The notes beneath the pieces were generated by a model, which did not search any database, was not told where the DNA came from, and worked only from the letters and a program-made list of their open reading frames with translations. A stretch of DNA of 64,000 nucleotides from Lepidodermella squamata (Eukaryota; Animalia; Gastrotricha): contig JBLDXI010000017.1 of the NCBI GenBank assembly GCA_047495785.1, positions 1,550,001 through 1,614,000 of the forward strand, written 5' to 3'. The position numbers and the translations under genes are program-made. Shown here in pieces: positions 48,737 to 61,734 of this stretch (its first letter is position 1; every line of letters begins with the position of its first letter).

Positions 48737-50382
48737 ATGACATCGAAGAGACCGTTGGATTCTGTCGATGGGCCGCCTTCGATTCAAAATTTGGAGGAAT
48801 CGATAGATGATAAAATTACGGAGGTGGTGCAAAAGGTCCTAGTTCGCCTTCAATTCGAGCGAAATCGCCTCATTCAGTTCGCAACGGAAGAAATCGAAAA
48901 AATGACCGATGACCAGAAAAATTGCTCGACCATCGCATTCGAGGCTGAAAAGTTGTTCGAAATGGCGTTGGAAAATTTTCTCACCGCCCCGCTTGGGTAT
49001 ATCCAGTTCTCTGGCCCGTTAGCGGCATGTAAACTGCCGAAATTGACCGAAGGGAGTCCGAAAACGCCCTGCAGCGTCTCACTACCCACTCCGCCTCAAT
49101 CTCGGTCGAATTTAAGCACACCGATAAATACAACAAAAGAGGACCAAATTCTCGAGTTACCACCACCGCCTGTCAATTTGTTCAGCGGGGAAACTTACCG
49201 AAAAATGCGAGTTTTATCCGTATTATCCGGCAAAGACATGCTAGGCCGAAAAATTGAAAAACCGCATGGGATTATTTTGTTACCAGGCAGCGACACATTT
49301 GCCTTTCTCCACAACGCAAATCACATCAGTTTCGCGTCGAGCGATGCGCAAATTGTAGCGACTTACAAGCTTTGTTTACATCATCGGCCGAATACGGAAT
49401 TCTTGTTACGGCCATGGAATCTCAACGGTTTGGCAGCCGATGCTGCTCTCAACGAAATTTATTTTCTCGACGCATTTGCGAAAATTATGAAAATCAGACC
49501 AAGTGAAGCGGAATCTCGAGCCGAAAATCTAACACCAATGCCATTGATTGCGAGTCGTAAGATTTCTGGCATTGCGATCGCGTCAGAAAAACGGGTGGTA
49601 TATTCCGCGTATATAAGCGGTATTATTGCGTTTTCGCTCGATAATCGGCATCAAATTAGTGACGTGAGCATCCGGCGGGGCGATTACGACCCGGCTGTCT
49701 GCACTTGTACCGAATCTCACGTATATTTTAAAGTCAACAACGATACGGAGCTGCATCGAGTTGCTATTAAGGAGGACGGCTCGCTGAGCGAGACCACGAC
49801 CAAGTTTTGCGACGGCTTCAAGAAGATCAGCGGCGTCGCTGTCGATCCTGCCGGAAATTTGTTGATCATTGACAGCGGCCGGCGGCGCATTGAAGTTCTC
49901 GCCGCTAATGGCTCGTCTATTTGTTCTTTCATGCCTGAATTTCCTGCGAAAGAAAGCTTCTTCCCTTCAGGTAAACAAGCAATATTTTTTAATTGTATTA
50001 ACCTAATTTCACTTGGAAATTGAAAAAATCACTGATTTTTAAAATCGATACTTGTAATCGATATCGGCTCTGCAGGCTGAATTATAACTCGTAAATTGAT
50101 CGATTATACTGCAAAATCTGCGAAATCTATCGGTTAGATATATGATAATAAAAAGATATATTCTAGGAAAAACGTAAAATTTGAAATATTATATTTTGGG
50201 AATATTTTAAGCTGGAGCCCTTAATTTAGGAATTTGACTTGGCTCATTCAATGTTGACAGTTTTTTACTTAATTTTTATAGGTGCTGCTGTTCTGGAGGC
50301 ATCGAATGGTCTACCTCTTGTCGCCGTTACTGACTACTATGCGGATAGTATTTTGTTTTTCGCGCCGAAGCTAACGTCCTGA
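48737..50382 (+). CDS. Short coiled coil plus NHL protein 7, no RING or B-box (exons 48737-49970, 50282-50382)
   Basis: GKDMLGRKIEKPHG..FLHNANHIS; ISGVAVDPAGNLLIIDSGRRRIEV; FFPSG|AAV. Confidence 0.78.
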
Positions 50383-50574
50383 TGGAAACGGTGTTTTTGT
50401 TCTTGATTTATTCAATCTCTCTCGTTTTATCGGGTTTTCTATTTCAACCCGCATCCACCGCTTTATCGTTGGAACTGATGCGATTGCTCTTTCAACCATG
50501 CATATAAAATATCATCGAAAATTTGCAAGAAATCCTCTTGTTTTTTTTAGACGCTGATTACATTTTGATGAGCT

Positions 50575-50963
50575 ATGGTTAACGATGTGATCGACTCGTT
50601 TGATGATTTCGTGGACGTAAGATTAAAGCTGGCTATAGGAAGCTAAACAAATTATTTTGTCTATATTAAAGGCGAGTCAAGATATATTGTGTCGAATATG
50701 CCTAGGCAATCTTTTCGAGCCGAGGCACCTGCCTAATTGCCTCCACATCTTCTGCCGGAGTTGTCTAGACAATCATCCTAGGTTGGTTATAATGGCCGTT
50801 GGTCTCGTGATGATCGAATGCCCAATATGCAGCAAACTAAGTCAAATCGGCCCGAACGGTATCGAAGGTACGCCTTGAAGTTTCGCAAATATTTGAAATT
50901 ATTGGAATTTTTTCAGCTTTTCCTGCCGCCAAGTCTGTCAAAAGTTTCGGCGAGCTCTACTAA
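50575..50963 (+). CDS. RING-only ~94 aa gene 8 (exons 50575-50616, 50672-50867, 50917-50963)
   Basis: CRICLGNLFEPRHLPNCLHIFCRSC..ECPIC with the same two flanking intron positions as the full-length paralogs; stop 15 codons into exon 3. Confidence 0.7.
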
Positions 50964-51259
50964 CAATTTATATAATCAGCGTCTCAGTTTTAGTTTTTTT
51001 AAAGATTTTCCAAATATGTGTAACAATCAGAATTAAGCTGCTCATCATAGAACTTTTGATTTGTTGTTGGCTATCGAATGCTTTCATTTTCCTCTTCTAC
51101 GTTGTTTATGTCTTTTATACCGCAGTGTTATGTATAATATCAAAGGAATAATGTAATTTTTGCACTGAACAATCAAGTCACCAATAAGTACCAGTTAATA
51201 AATAATTGATTTGACCTGATTTCATTGCACTCAGTATTATTGCTCGATTTAGGTGTAAA

Positions 51260-53865
51260 ATGTCGTTTTCAAGTTTTGACCCTCTTGGCCTTCGAGATGA
51301 AAATTTCTCGCCGAATTACCGTATCCCGATGAAGAAGAAAAGCCTTCCTGATAACCCAAATTACATCGCGTTTTCACCGCTTGAAGTCAATGAAAGGTCG
51401 ATGACATCAGAAGTTCGAAGAGCGATTGAAACGGTCCGCAAAATTATCATAATTTTTATCGTAGTTTATTCATTTTTTTCACAGATTGAAAGCAAGACTG
51501 AAATTTTGAAACATTTGCCCAGCTATTTTGAATCAGATTTCGGTGAGGAGGACGAGAAAGCTCGAATTTCTCTCGACAGTTATCGAATTGCTGAAGAGAC
51601 AACCACCCTTGCCTGTTTCCTGACGAAAAAAGTCGCGGATTGGCTCGATTCAGAGCGAGGCCGACTCAGAAAAGACCTTGAAGCGAAAAACCGAGTAATA
51701 AAAGCCGCAATCAGGAATTTCATGGTGCAGCAGAATCTGAATGAGAGATTTCCACCGCAAGAAATTGCTCAGATACTTGCAGAATTGAATTTTGAAGGGG
51801 CCTACTTTTTCTCTAACCGCTCGAATCAGTTCACGAGTTTGGCCGAAATGGCTCGCCTCCACGACACTTTGATTTACGAATTTTTGAAGGTTTCTCTCAA
51901 CATTTTTGAGGTGGATTTTTATTTCATCTGTTTTTTTCAGTTTGCCGCTGGTGATTCTTGTCCCTTGATTGAATTCAAGCCTGGCGATAGCTTCAGCCAT
52001 CTGCCCAGTGTTTTCGATAAGCTCGGCGATATTGTTGTCAAGCCGTTACTCGAAATGGATTTTTTGGCTTCGAAAATTCGATTACTTGAAAGTTCAGCGG
52101 CGGAACCTTCGAGCTTCAGCAATGCAGAGCCTACGGTGCCTATTTGTGCCCACACCGAAGTCCTAAGGGCGGTTTGCCCCCACTGCCAGCGCAAGTTTTG
52201 CCTGGACTGCGCAACTTCTCATTATGCCGAATTGAAGGCTCAAGTGATTGAAATGGCGCATCAGGTTTAGATTTTGCATATTAAGCTGGCTATAATAATT
52301 CAATTTTGTTTCAGCTATTCGAGTTGGCTAGAAAACACCAACCCTCGAAATTAGTGTTGTATTCAGAAGTCGAAAAACAGCTGAATTCAGCTGTCGAATC
52401 TCTCAGCAGTGACATCGACTTGGCAGCAGATGATTTGATGGCTATGTTCATGAAATTGATGAAAATTGAAATTTCCAAACTCGTTCGCAAAACAAATGAA
52501 GTATCAACTGAGCTGTTGAAATCGTACCACATCGATTTCGCAAGAGTTTTACGGATTACATCGGAAAAACTACCGCCAATTTGCGATTTTGTCGAAAAAT
52601 CGAAGAGCAAACTATACGGGATTGAGGATCGCAGTTCGGTGGTTATGGAAAATTTGAGCGACTCGGCGAAAAAGTTGAAAATTGAGGTATAAAAATGGAT
52701 ATTTAGAAAGTAGTTCTTAATGTAATTTTTTACAGATTGTTAATCTCGAAAATTACGTTTTTCGGAAGCTGTCGGCTTTTACAAAGAAGTCGCTGAGTTT
52801 CAGTTTTGACGATTCGATCCTATCTGATATGGATAATTTCCTGCAAAATGAAGCCTCTCTTGGTTCCATCACTGGTCCATTTTATGAAATTTTACCCGAG
52901 ACCCTGCCCAGCGACCGGGCTGAGCTGGAGCAACAACAGCCAGCCCTCATTCCCATTGGAAAAATTGGCATTCACGACTGTTTTGGCGATAAAGTGGAAT
53001 CACCTCGTGCCCTCACCATCATCAATTTGACGAGCAAAATTGCATTTGTCGCACTGTTTCATTCGCAAAATCGAATCAGCGTTAGTTTTGAATTTTTTCG
53101 ATTTTCTTCGTCATTTTTTCCAATTTTTCACAGCTGATTACACCTGATGGAACTTTCGCCCATACCTTCGTCCTGCATTCGCACTCGACTGACGATGTGA
53201 CCATCGCAGGTAGTGAGCAGATGGTGGCTGATGACAAAAATGCCTATCTGATTTTCACGACCTTCAATTCCATTACATATTTCGAGTTGTCGAGCATTTC
53301 TGACCTGAATGACAAAGCGGCTTGTAAAAAAGCCGAGGTGCGGCGGTTCAAACGATTGGAGGCTAGCTGCTCGGGCCTGGCGAAGTGTGAAGAGAAACGG
53401 GAATTGTACGTGATGGTCAGCAATTTTGTCCGGGTGTTTTCAATGGATAGCGGAAAATTCAAGGCATCCTGGACCAATTCGCCGATAAAACTTTCGTTGC
53501 AATGTGTGCAGAAAACAATTTCGAGCCGGGTTAATTTGGTTTTCATGTCAATTGGCGAGCTACACTACATCAACGTGAAGGATGTGGCATTTTTATCCCG
53601 ACCTGGGAAGTGCCAGCGGCTGAACAGCGAAAACTTATCGAGACATGCGACCATGGCCTGTGATAGCAAGGGCAATTTTATTGTATGCAAGGGTAAGCAT
53701 GGAATGATTGTTTTCAACTCTGATGGCGATTTTGTCACTGCAATCAAACCTGGCCAACTCAGGGGCGAGCCGTTTTTCCACCCTCGATCGGTCGCTACCC
53801 TCGGAAAATTAGTTTTTGTTGCGGATTCTGCTAGCGAGCGTATTTTCATTTTCGAACTCAATTGA
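51260..53865 (+). CDS. RING-less protein 9 (coiled coil, B-box, coiled coil, NHL)
   Basis: B-box CAH..CPHCQRKFCLDCATSH preceded by an extra coiled-coil block; introns 51434-51484, 51890-51940, 52265-52314, 52688-52735, 53081-53133; NHL ACDSKGNFIVC. Confidence 0.75.
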
Positions 53866-54421
53866 CATTAATTTGATCACCTAATTTACATTGTTGAAAT
53901 GGCGTGATTTTTCGTTGTGATTTGTTTCAAAACGTAATTTTTCAATTTTTACACACGTTGGCTTTTTTCGCATTTTTACAGTTCACATATTTTGTAATAA
54001 AATATTGTGAATTGATTGAGTTTGCGTTTTGCTGATAATGAGAGGTCGGCCCGCGCGTATCTAACGAAGTTTCAATCGCGGCAAGCCCATCGAACCGGTT
54101 CACAGTCTATTTCGGAAATGAGAGGGTTCGTTTGTAACGTAAATCCTATCCTCATATATAGCATTTCTGCGCTCAATTTGACCAGTTTTACGGATTTATT
54201 GGCAACCTTGTCCCAGGCTGTAATATCGATAAATTGCGTTATTATCGAATTTTAGTCGTCTGATACAGTTTAAATTTATCGCTGTAACCCTGATTTCGTC
54301 CCACTAAAAGCCGCACATAAGCGCGACTTTTAAGCTGCTTTATTTCGCGTAATATCTATTGTCCTGTTTACGCAAATGCACAATATAAACGATTTTTAAG
54401 GCAGAATATTTTCCAGTAAAA

Positions 54422-55826
54422 ATGTTTTGTAAGGAAAACACAACTTCAATCGAAGCCATAAATTCTTCGTGGATATGCATCGCCTATCCAGAACGCGGAT
54501 GGCTCAACCCCGAATGTTTTTTTATGTACCTGCAACAATTTCGACCCGCTGGCTCTACCTGTGCCGTAACCGAAGCAGCCATAATTGCCTGTCTCTGCCT
54601 AGCCAGCCTGCCATGCAACGTAGTTAGCATCGTCAACTTCCACCTTAAAAGTATAACTCGCCCGTTTTCGGTGCTTGTAACTGTCCTAGCTATCTGCAAT
54701 GTTATCGTAGCTTCATTAGGCTTAATGACAGCAACTTCACGGTAAAATTAGGCAGTTAAAAACTCGCAAATTTTAAGGCGGAACTTTCTGATTTTTTAGC
54801 CTTACCGAAGACTGGCTGTTCGGCGATTTTGCGTGCCCAATGTTTTTCGGCGGAACTACAGCCGTTATGTCCATGTCAGTTTGGATGACCGCGCTCATAT
54901 CTTTCGAGCGATATTACTGCCTTCGTTCCCACGAATTAGGCGGCCATTTAACTGTCAGCACTATTGTAACACTTACAGTCGTTTTGCTCGGTTCAAATGC
55001 CGCTATTTGGTGGTACCCATACGTTACATTGGAACTAGCTCAAGTTCGATCAGTTTTGATCGACGGGGTTAGAAACGGCACGGAACCAGTAAGGATCTGT
55101 ACGATATTCTCGTATCGCATACCCAGCGGTGAATTCGCCCAGTCGATGGTCGGTTTTATGATTTCATTCGCAGTCCCAATATGCGTGGCCCTATCCAATT
55201 ATTGGCGAATAAGTCGCTACTCCAGAGATCTCGAAGAAAAGTTGACATTACCTCCGCCCTCACCAGTGTCCGTAACCCCTTCCGCTAGTCAGTTGAACAG
55301 GATTTGCTCCTACGCAGAATCTGCCTTGGTCACAGACCGCTTCAAGCAATTCGCAATGTTGCGCCAAAACACGAGAAACACCCACCTGGCGCGTTTGATG
55401 CTGGTCTCAGTCATTTTCACGATAATCCTCCACGCGCCCTTTCATTTATTCAGGGCTTATTTGACGAAAACCGGGGATGTAACCATGGAGTCGTCGTTCT
55501 ACGTTGCGACCCTGGCGCTTGTTTACCTAAACGCCACGATTAACCCGTTTGTTCACAGTTTTGGCTCACGTGCCTCGCTATTGAGTGGCGGCGCTTCGAA
55601 CGGGCTCGTCGTCAAGGTGACAGCTTGTAAAACCCCGAGCGGAGGCGTTATTGCCGTTACCACAGTAGATGACGGCGATATGAATGACGAGGAGGTTATG
55701 ACGATTGAGGAACAGCAAGAGGTAAGCCCTCCGGGGCACGGCCCGTTGCGAATGTCAGTCTCTAAAATCAACCGATTTGATATGGAGGCTGTTGAGGAGT
55801 CGGAAAATGACGCCGAAGATGTGTAA
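54422..55826 (+). CDS. Rhodopsin-class GPCR 1, FFAR4-like (exons 54422-54741, 54800-55826)
   Basis: Seven hydrophobic segments; R|LTEDWLFGDFAC, ISFERY, LNATINPFVH; N-terminal Cys motif. Confidence 0.85.
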
Positions 55827-55880
55827 AAAATGAACAATTATCGTGGATAATAATGTATATTTATTGCATGTTAAAATAAA

Positions 55881-57377
55881 CTATAATTTTGAAATCGCAA
55901 GTTCCGCCCTAATTTTATCAATAGCAGAGCAGGATTCTGACTTATCGATGTCTGACTGCAAATCTCGCGCTATAGCAGTGGTTGGCATATCTTTTTCAAA
56001 GCCTCGACTTGCAGCTGATTTTACGGGCGAGGATCTCATAGGGCTGCTGTGATACTGCTTTTGACGTGGCAGCCCGGCCCGTTTTAGCCACAGACTTTGC
56101 ATTATCGGGTTCAAGGTAGCGTCTAGGTAGATGAAGAACGAACAGGCGAACACTTGAGATGACTGTATTCTTCTTTCGTTCTTTTCATCCTGCGTCAGGA
56201 AGGCAGTAATGATATGCATGGGCAGGTTGGCGGCGAGAAACATGCCAAGCGAGGCTGTCATTAACCAAGCCAGCAACATTTCGCGCTTCCTTTTTCGCAG
56301 ACGCAACTTCTGCCAGCCATTTATTTCCGCCGCGTGGTTCAACGCGCCTTTCCTCTCAGTTTTCGATCCATTAGGCGTTTGATTAGTCGATTGATTGCCT
56401 CGTTGATGCGCGGCGTGGACAAATCTGAAAATTGACCTGTTCGGGCACGATGTAAACAAGACTCAATTAAAGTATTAGATTATCTTACACATAATTGCAG
56501 GATATCAGCAAAAGGGGGATGAAAAATGACGTCAGGAAAAAGAAGCTGCCAAAAATCCTTGTTTGTCGTGGGTCTTGTATAATAGCGCAGGCGAAGGGTC
56601 CAAAATGTCCTTCCCAGGTTTCGGTGGCGTTATCGCTCATATTAGCCATTAATTCACTGGTTTGAATAGGCTGTAGAGTAGAGTCTAGTGGGACAAGCTG
56701 AGCAACTTGAAGGTAGAAGAAAGGATATCCCCAAAACAGGAAATTGAACACGACCATGAAAATTACAATCGCAAATATCTGACCAACATTCAGCCCATTT
56801 CCTGAAAAAGCCATGTACAGGAAAGCACGATTAGCTGGAAAATTCTTACCTGAGCCCATCACGCTAAGGCGCCGTTCAAAGCTAATAGCTGTCATAGTCC
56901 ATATTGACATATTAAGCAGCAAAAGCCCACCCGCATTCAACCATTTGCAACCAAACTCCCCGAACAACCAATCATCACTCAGTCTAGGCAGTAACGTCCT
57001 CTCATGATTTACAGTATATTTATGAAATTTGCAAACCTTTGTAACCCCCGGAGAGCTCCCAACGTTGTGAATAGGATGTTACAGCTGACTAGAACTAGTA
57101 TAAGACATAGGAATTGCCTGCGAACCCCGCGCTCGTGAAAATTAATAGCCGCGGTGATGTTTGCTGGGAAACTGCAAAGCCAAACCGTTAGCATAACAGC
57201 GGCCTCGATTGCTCCGCAAAACATTGATTTGCGCCCAAACTGCTGGTGATAGAGAAAGAAGCAGTCGATTTCTCCGGCCGATGAGTTGCTGAGGTTTTCT
57301 AGAGCTTGTTGCGGTCTTAGGCATATCCACGACTCGTTGACCGCGGTTGGGCTTCCACTTCGCAGACAATACATCAT
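55881..57377 (-). CDS. Rhodopsin-class GPCR 2, FFAR4-like (3-4 exons)
   Basis: MYC..VNESWIC..DCFF..QQFGR..CGAIE; R|LSDDWLFGEFGC; ISFERR; LDATLNPIM; probable 48-nt in-frame intron near 56802-56849. Confidence 0.82.
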
Positions 57378-58409
57378 TTTGTCTTTGATACTCGTGAGCG
57401 CGACTTATTTTAAGTCCGTGAAGATATAGGGTAAAACTAATTTCCCGTACATCGGCCATCTAGTGCCACGCCCAAAATTGCAAATCTTATTAAATTTTGA
57501 TGATTCACGCGCGTGTGGAGTAATGATAGTTTTGATCAACCGATCTTATTTTTAGCCTTATTTCGCATAATGATTGGTAACCGCTGGGGATCGTCTAGCG
57601 GCAACTCCAACTCGAAATTTTTAAATTGCGCTCAAGTCTCATTTTACGCTCAAAGACCTGGCAGATGCGGAATATTTTCGTCACAATTACGAGGAAGCAG
57701 AGAAAAGGCGAAGTAATTGTCGCCAAACAATGTTGTGATTTTGGGTTGACAGTTGACAACAGAGCATGAAGCATAGTTGAGCAAACCCCGCAAATGCGCG
57801 TTCAGGTGCATATTACATGCTTCCATTTTTATCTTTTTCTTATGTTTACTTAGGGACGTTTTCAGTTCTTCAACTGATGACGCTTGCGCAGTGAAAAACA
57901 AAAACAAGGGGTACTATAGAAATTTTTATTAGCCTGCCATCTCTACATGTTGTAGTTCAAACAGGCGGATTGTCCTAATTTTGCGATGCCGAGGCAGCAG
58001 TGGTGTAATCAGAGGATTGCTGCAATACACACGTCAACACTGACAACTTAGCTAAAAAAGCTTAGCTCTGAAATCGATGAGTCTAATTTGCCACTGTGTG
58101 GAAAAGATGCACTCTTTCAAAACACATCATAACGCCTCCATGTAATATAGGACTCAGATTATAACTGTGGATTGTTTTTTTACGAGGGCCTACCGCTGTA
58201 AACGTGATCTTTATGCGCAAAAAACACAGGTAGTGCTGGCGTGTTTGTCCTTCCGGGATGCACCCTTTCCGGTAAATACTTTGTTGTCATTGATCAAGTG
58301 AATTTAAAAACCCCGGTAGATGCGTAGATATTTCTCACATTTTAACCTGAGTTTCAAACACTGTGTCACCTTCCGGTTGTTTTCATAGAAATATTTCAAT
58401 TCGTTTCAC

Positions 58410-59728
58410 ATGAATACCTGCTATGACTTCCATGGAGCAAGTTCCATCAACAAATCGTGGATATGCTTAAAAACTGGCGAAGATTCATCGGGTGAGGATT
58501 GCTTCTTCCTTCAGAATCAGCAACTTGGTCGCCCTTTCTGGTACTGCGGGGCTTTCGAAACAGCTGTGATGATCATTTTATGCTTCATTTGCTGCCCTGC
58601 GAATATCATCGCCATTCGAAATTTCGCCAGAATTCAAGTCAGTCGAGAGTATCTTTTCTTGATTACAGTCATCTGCTTCTCAAATGTTTGCTTGGCGTCT
58701 ATTGGTATCCTTCAGTCTATCGCTAGGTATAATAAGGAACTTCACAATTGAGAAAATGACTTTAATCACTTTTTATTATATAGGTCAACTGAGTCTTGGT
58801 TATTTGGCGCCCTCGGATGTGCAGCTACAACTGCTGGACCTGGTTTCTTTCTAACCCTGAAGCTGTGGACCTATGCTGTGATGAGCTTTGAGAGGTACAT
58901 TGGAATCTCATTTAAGCCATCCGCAGCCAGGAAACAGCCAACTGACCGCTTGGCGATCTTTGTTGGCGTCACTTTGCTCATCGTCGCCTTCAATGCAGCC
59001 ATTTGGATCTACCCGATAAGCTTCACCGAAGTTGTACAATTTGCTGTCGGCTCAACAGCCACACGACCAATCTACCTATGCGGTGTCATGACGTTCAAAA
59101 TGCCGCCAAACGATTTCTCTGTGAAGCTGATGTGCATGATAGTAATGTTCTCCACGCCAATTTTCCTCAGCATTATTAATTTCTCGTAAGTTTTAAGAAA
59201 TTTCTCAAGTCACCTATACTATAATTTACTCATCTGTTAAGGCGGATTGCGGTGATAATCTTTCGCGCAATGGATCCTGTGAGTAAGCGAGTGCTATCTC
59301 GATATAGCCCGGGGAAAATGTTGTTGAAAGACAGCCTGAGAATGAAGTCCCACCCATATTCTTGCTTCAAACGTCGTTGGGAATCACACCTGTCATTGCT
59401 GTCAGTTTTAGCCCTCATCGAATTCTGTCTATGCTGCATTCCATTGCTCGTTGCTCATGGCTTCGTGCGTTACGATCAAAACCGAACGATGCAATCGTCT
59501 ACGCTATTCGCTGCTAATTGCCTCGCCATCCTGAATGCGATTGCGTGCCCATTAAGCAAAAGCCTGGTCGTCAGGAATCTAACGAAATACGGGAATCGAG
59601 AGAAAAATGCCAAACTGCGTCGTCAGCAAGAGATCTTGTTTCAGCAAGCGCCCTTCGGTGACCCTTTCTATTATGAATCATCGCCACCTTATTCCCTGAA
59701 AGTTGCTGCGGTAGCAACGAAATCGTGA
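58410..59728 (+). CDS. Rhodopsin-class GPCR 3, FFAR4-like (3 exons)
   Basis: INKSWIC..DCFFLQNQQLGRPFWYCGAFE; R|STESWLFGALGC; MSFERY; TM7 LNAIACPL. Confidence 0.82.
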
Positions 59729-60140
59729 TAGAATGAGCATTCCATGCTCCTGAAAAACTATGCTGTCTTTCATATCAAATTCATCATTGAACGTGAAAAA
59801 ATCTCGGTTAACATGAACGTTGTATTATCGTTGTACTTTCTTGAAAAGAAGCTAACACGCTTACATTTGAATAAAAATTATCTTGCTGTAAACACTTTGT
59901 TATGGAGAAAGGGCAACTTGGTATAGAGAGTTTTCTGAACTTAGCTTAAGACAGACACATCTATCGCGAGATAACACGCATAAAATTGAGATTGAAAGCT
60001 TGTGTAAACACCATATGAGACTGTGATTACGATACGTTATCTTATCAAAAAGGCTTAAGGGCTCTGGAGGTTTCTAGATCATGTTTTAATAAGCTGCTCC
60101 GCTTGAGGTTTTGGATTTTTGTTACAATTTTCTGATCAAC

Positions 60141-61180
60141 ATGAAGCTGCCCGGTAATTTCAAGGAAGAGTATGAGAAGAATGGCTCTGCAGTGATTCCC
60201 GACTTCATCACAGCGGAAGAGTGCGATTCGCTGCAGAAAGATATTCATGATCTCATCGAAAAATTTGATTTCTCCTCGCATTTGAAGACATTTGATGGCG
60301 ACCATTCAACGGACGGAAACTACTTTCTGGACAGCGCTGATGGACTCGGCTTCTTCCTGGAGAAGGAAGCCCTAGTCGACGGCAAACTCACGGTGGATCG
60401 GCACAAGTCAATCAACAAAATCGGTCATGCCCTGCACGCTTTCAGGTCAGCATTCCGAAAAATTACTTTCAATGATCACAGCAAGGTAAGAATATGGATC
60501 CCATACATACCGCTTAATCAGGTCTTTGAGTTAGGAAGTTTTGCGAGCTTTGGGCTTCAAGCAGCCGGCGGTTGCTCAGACCATGTATATCTTCAAGCAA
60601 CCCAGGATTGGTGACCCGGTTGATTCGCATGTTGACACAACGTACTTGTACGTAGATCCACCAGAAAAACTGCTTGGAATCTGGATTGCGTTGGAGGATG
60701 CTACAATTGAGAATGGATGCTTATGGTATGTTCCCGGTTCCCATAAAGGTAAGAATTTTCGTCTCATGCGATCAGTTTTTCACCTTGAGTCGTTTAGGTG
60801 GTATTCGAGGCAATGCTCGACTGGTCCGTAAAATCGACCCCGATACTGGAAAAGTCTCTACCGAGCTGATTAAGACGGGAGATCACAGTCAGGTGGTACC
60901 GAAAGAGGGCGAAGAATGGATTCCTCTCGAGGTGAAGAAAGGATCCGCTGTGCTAATTCATGGAACTTTACTCCACAAGAGCGAGGCAAACAGGTCTCAA
61001 AAGCAGCGTCCAATTTTCACGTGGCATCTATACGAACAAGATGGCGGTGTTTGGGACAAGCAAAACTGGCTGCAAACTAAGCGGGGACCATTCTGGCCCG
61101 CTTACGATACCGATCCGAATGGGAATGACCTGCCAGCTGGTTGGAACTTTCTCCCTGGCGATGAAGTTTACCTCGGCTGA
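60141..61180 (+). CDS. PHYHD1: Phytanoyl-CoA dioxygenase domain-containing protein 1 (exons 60141-60485, 60535-60748, 60798-61180)
   Basis: YFLDSAD..FFLEKEA, SINKIGHALH, QTMYIFKQPRIG, H-x-D (SHVDTTYL), GIWIALEDATIENGCLW, HKSEANRS, NWLQ. Confidence 0.92.
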
Positions 61181-61734
61181 TGTGTTCCGCTGTAATAGTT
61201 AATTAGGTAACAACAATATTATAACGCTGTGACGATTCTATTGATAGCTGGCCATTGATTGCCACATTGTGAATGTAAAGGCTAAGCCATAGTAAAATGA
61301 GATATTCAAAGTTGACTCTTCTCAATTAGTATTTTCTTCCTGCCGGGGGAATAATGAGCCGCTGAGCAAAGAGTCTATTCCTTAATCCTATTTTTAATCC
61401 AGTATAAGGAAAACCGAATTTATCATTGCATTATTTCATGTGGCGAACACGTGGCCATGAAAAGTTCGATTCCAGTAATATAAATTTATCAGCTGACTGC
61501 CGAACAAGGACACCCCGCGGGATTAGCATGATTTTTTTACGGCTCAATTCACTTCTACGCCAGTATTTTTCACCGCTAATAATCGATTCAGTAACACAAA
61601 AAACGTTTTTAGCGTCTGTTTCCTGGCAGTGCTAGCCAATTATTTTCTAAAACGTCACATTGAATGCAAAATTGATGGTGTTTTACTTTCGATCTGTCCC
61701 AGATTCAAGATTAATTCTCTAAAAAGGAGAACAG

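Noticed and set aside
51260-52270. ORF-track proteins with hydrophobic inserts (e.g. VRKIIIIFIVVYSFFSQ) suggesting TM segments
   Set aside because: These are stop-free 51-nt GT-AG introns (51434-51484, 51890-51940) read through in frame; the same applies at 17277-17327 and ~56802-56849.
60141-61180. Functional link between PHYHD1 and the surrounding putative lipid GPCRs
   Set aside because: Adjacency only; the PHYHD1 substrate is not established as a fatty acid and gene order in animals is weak evidence.
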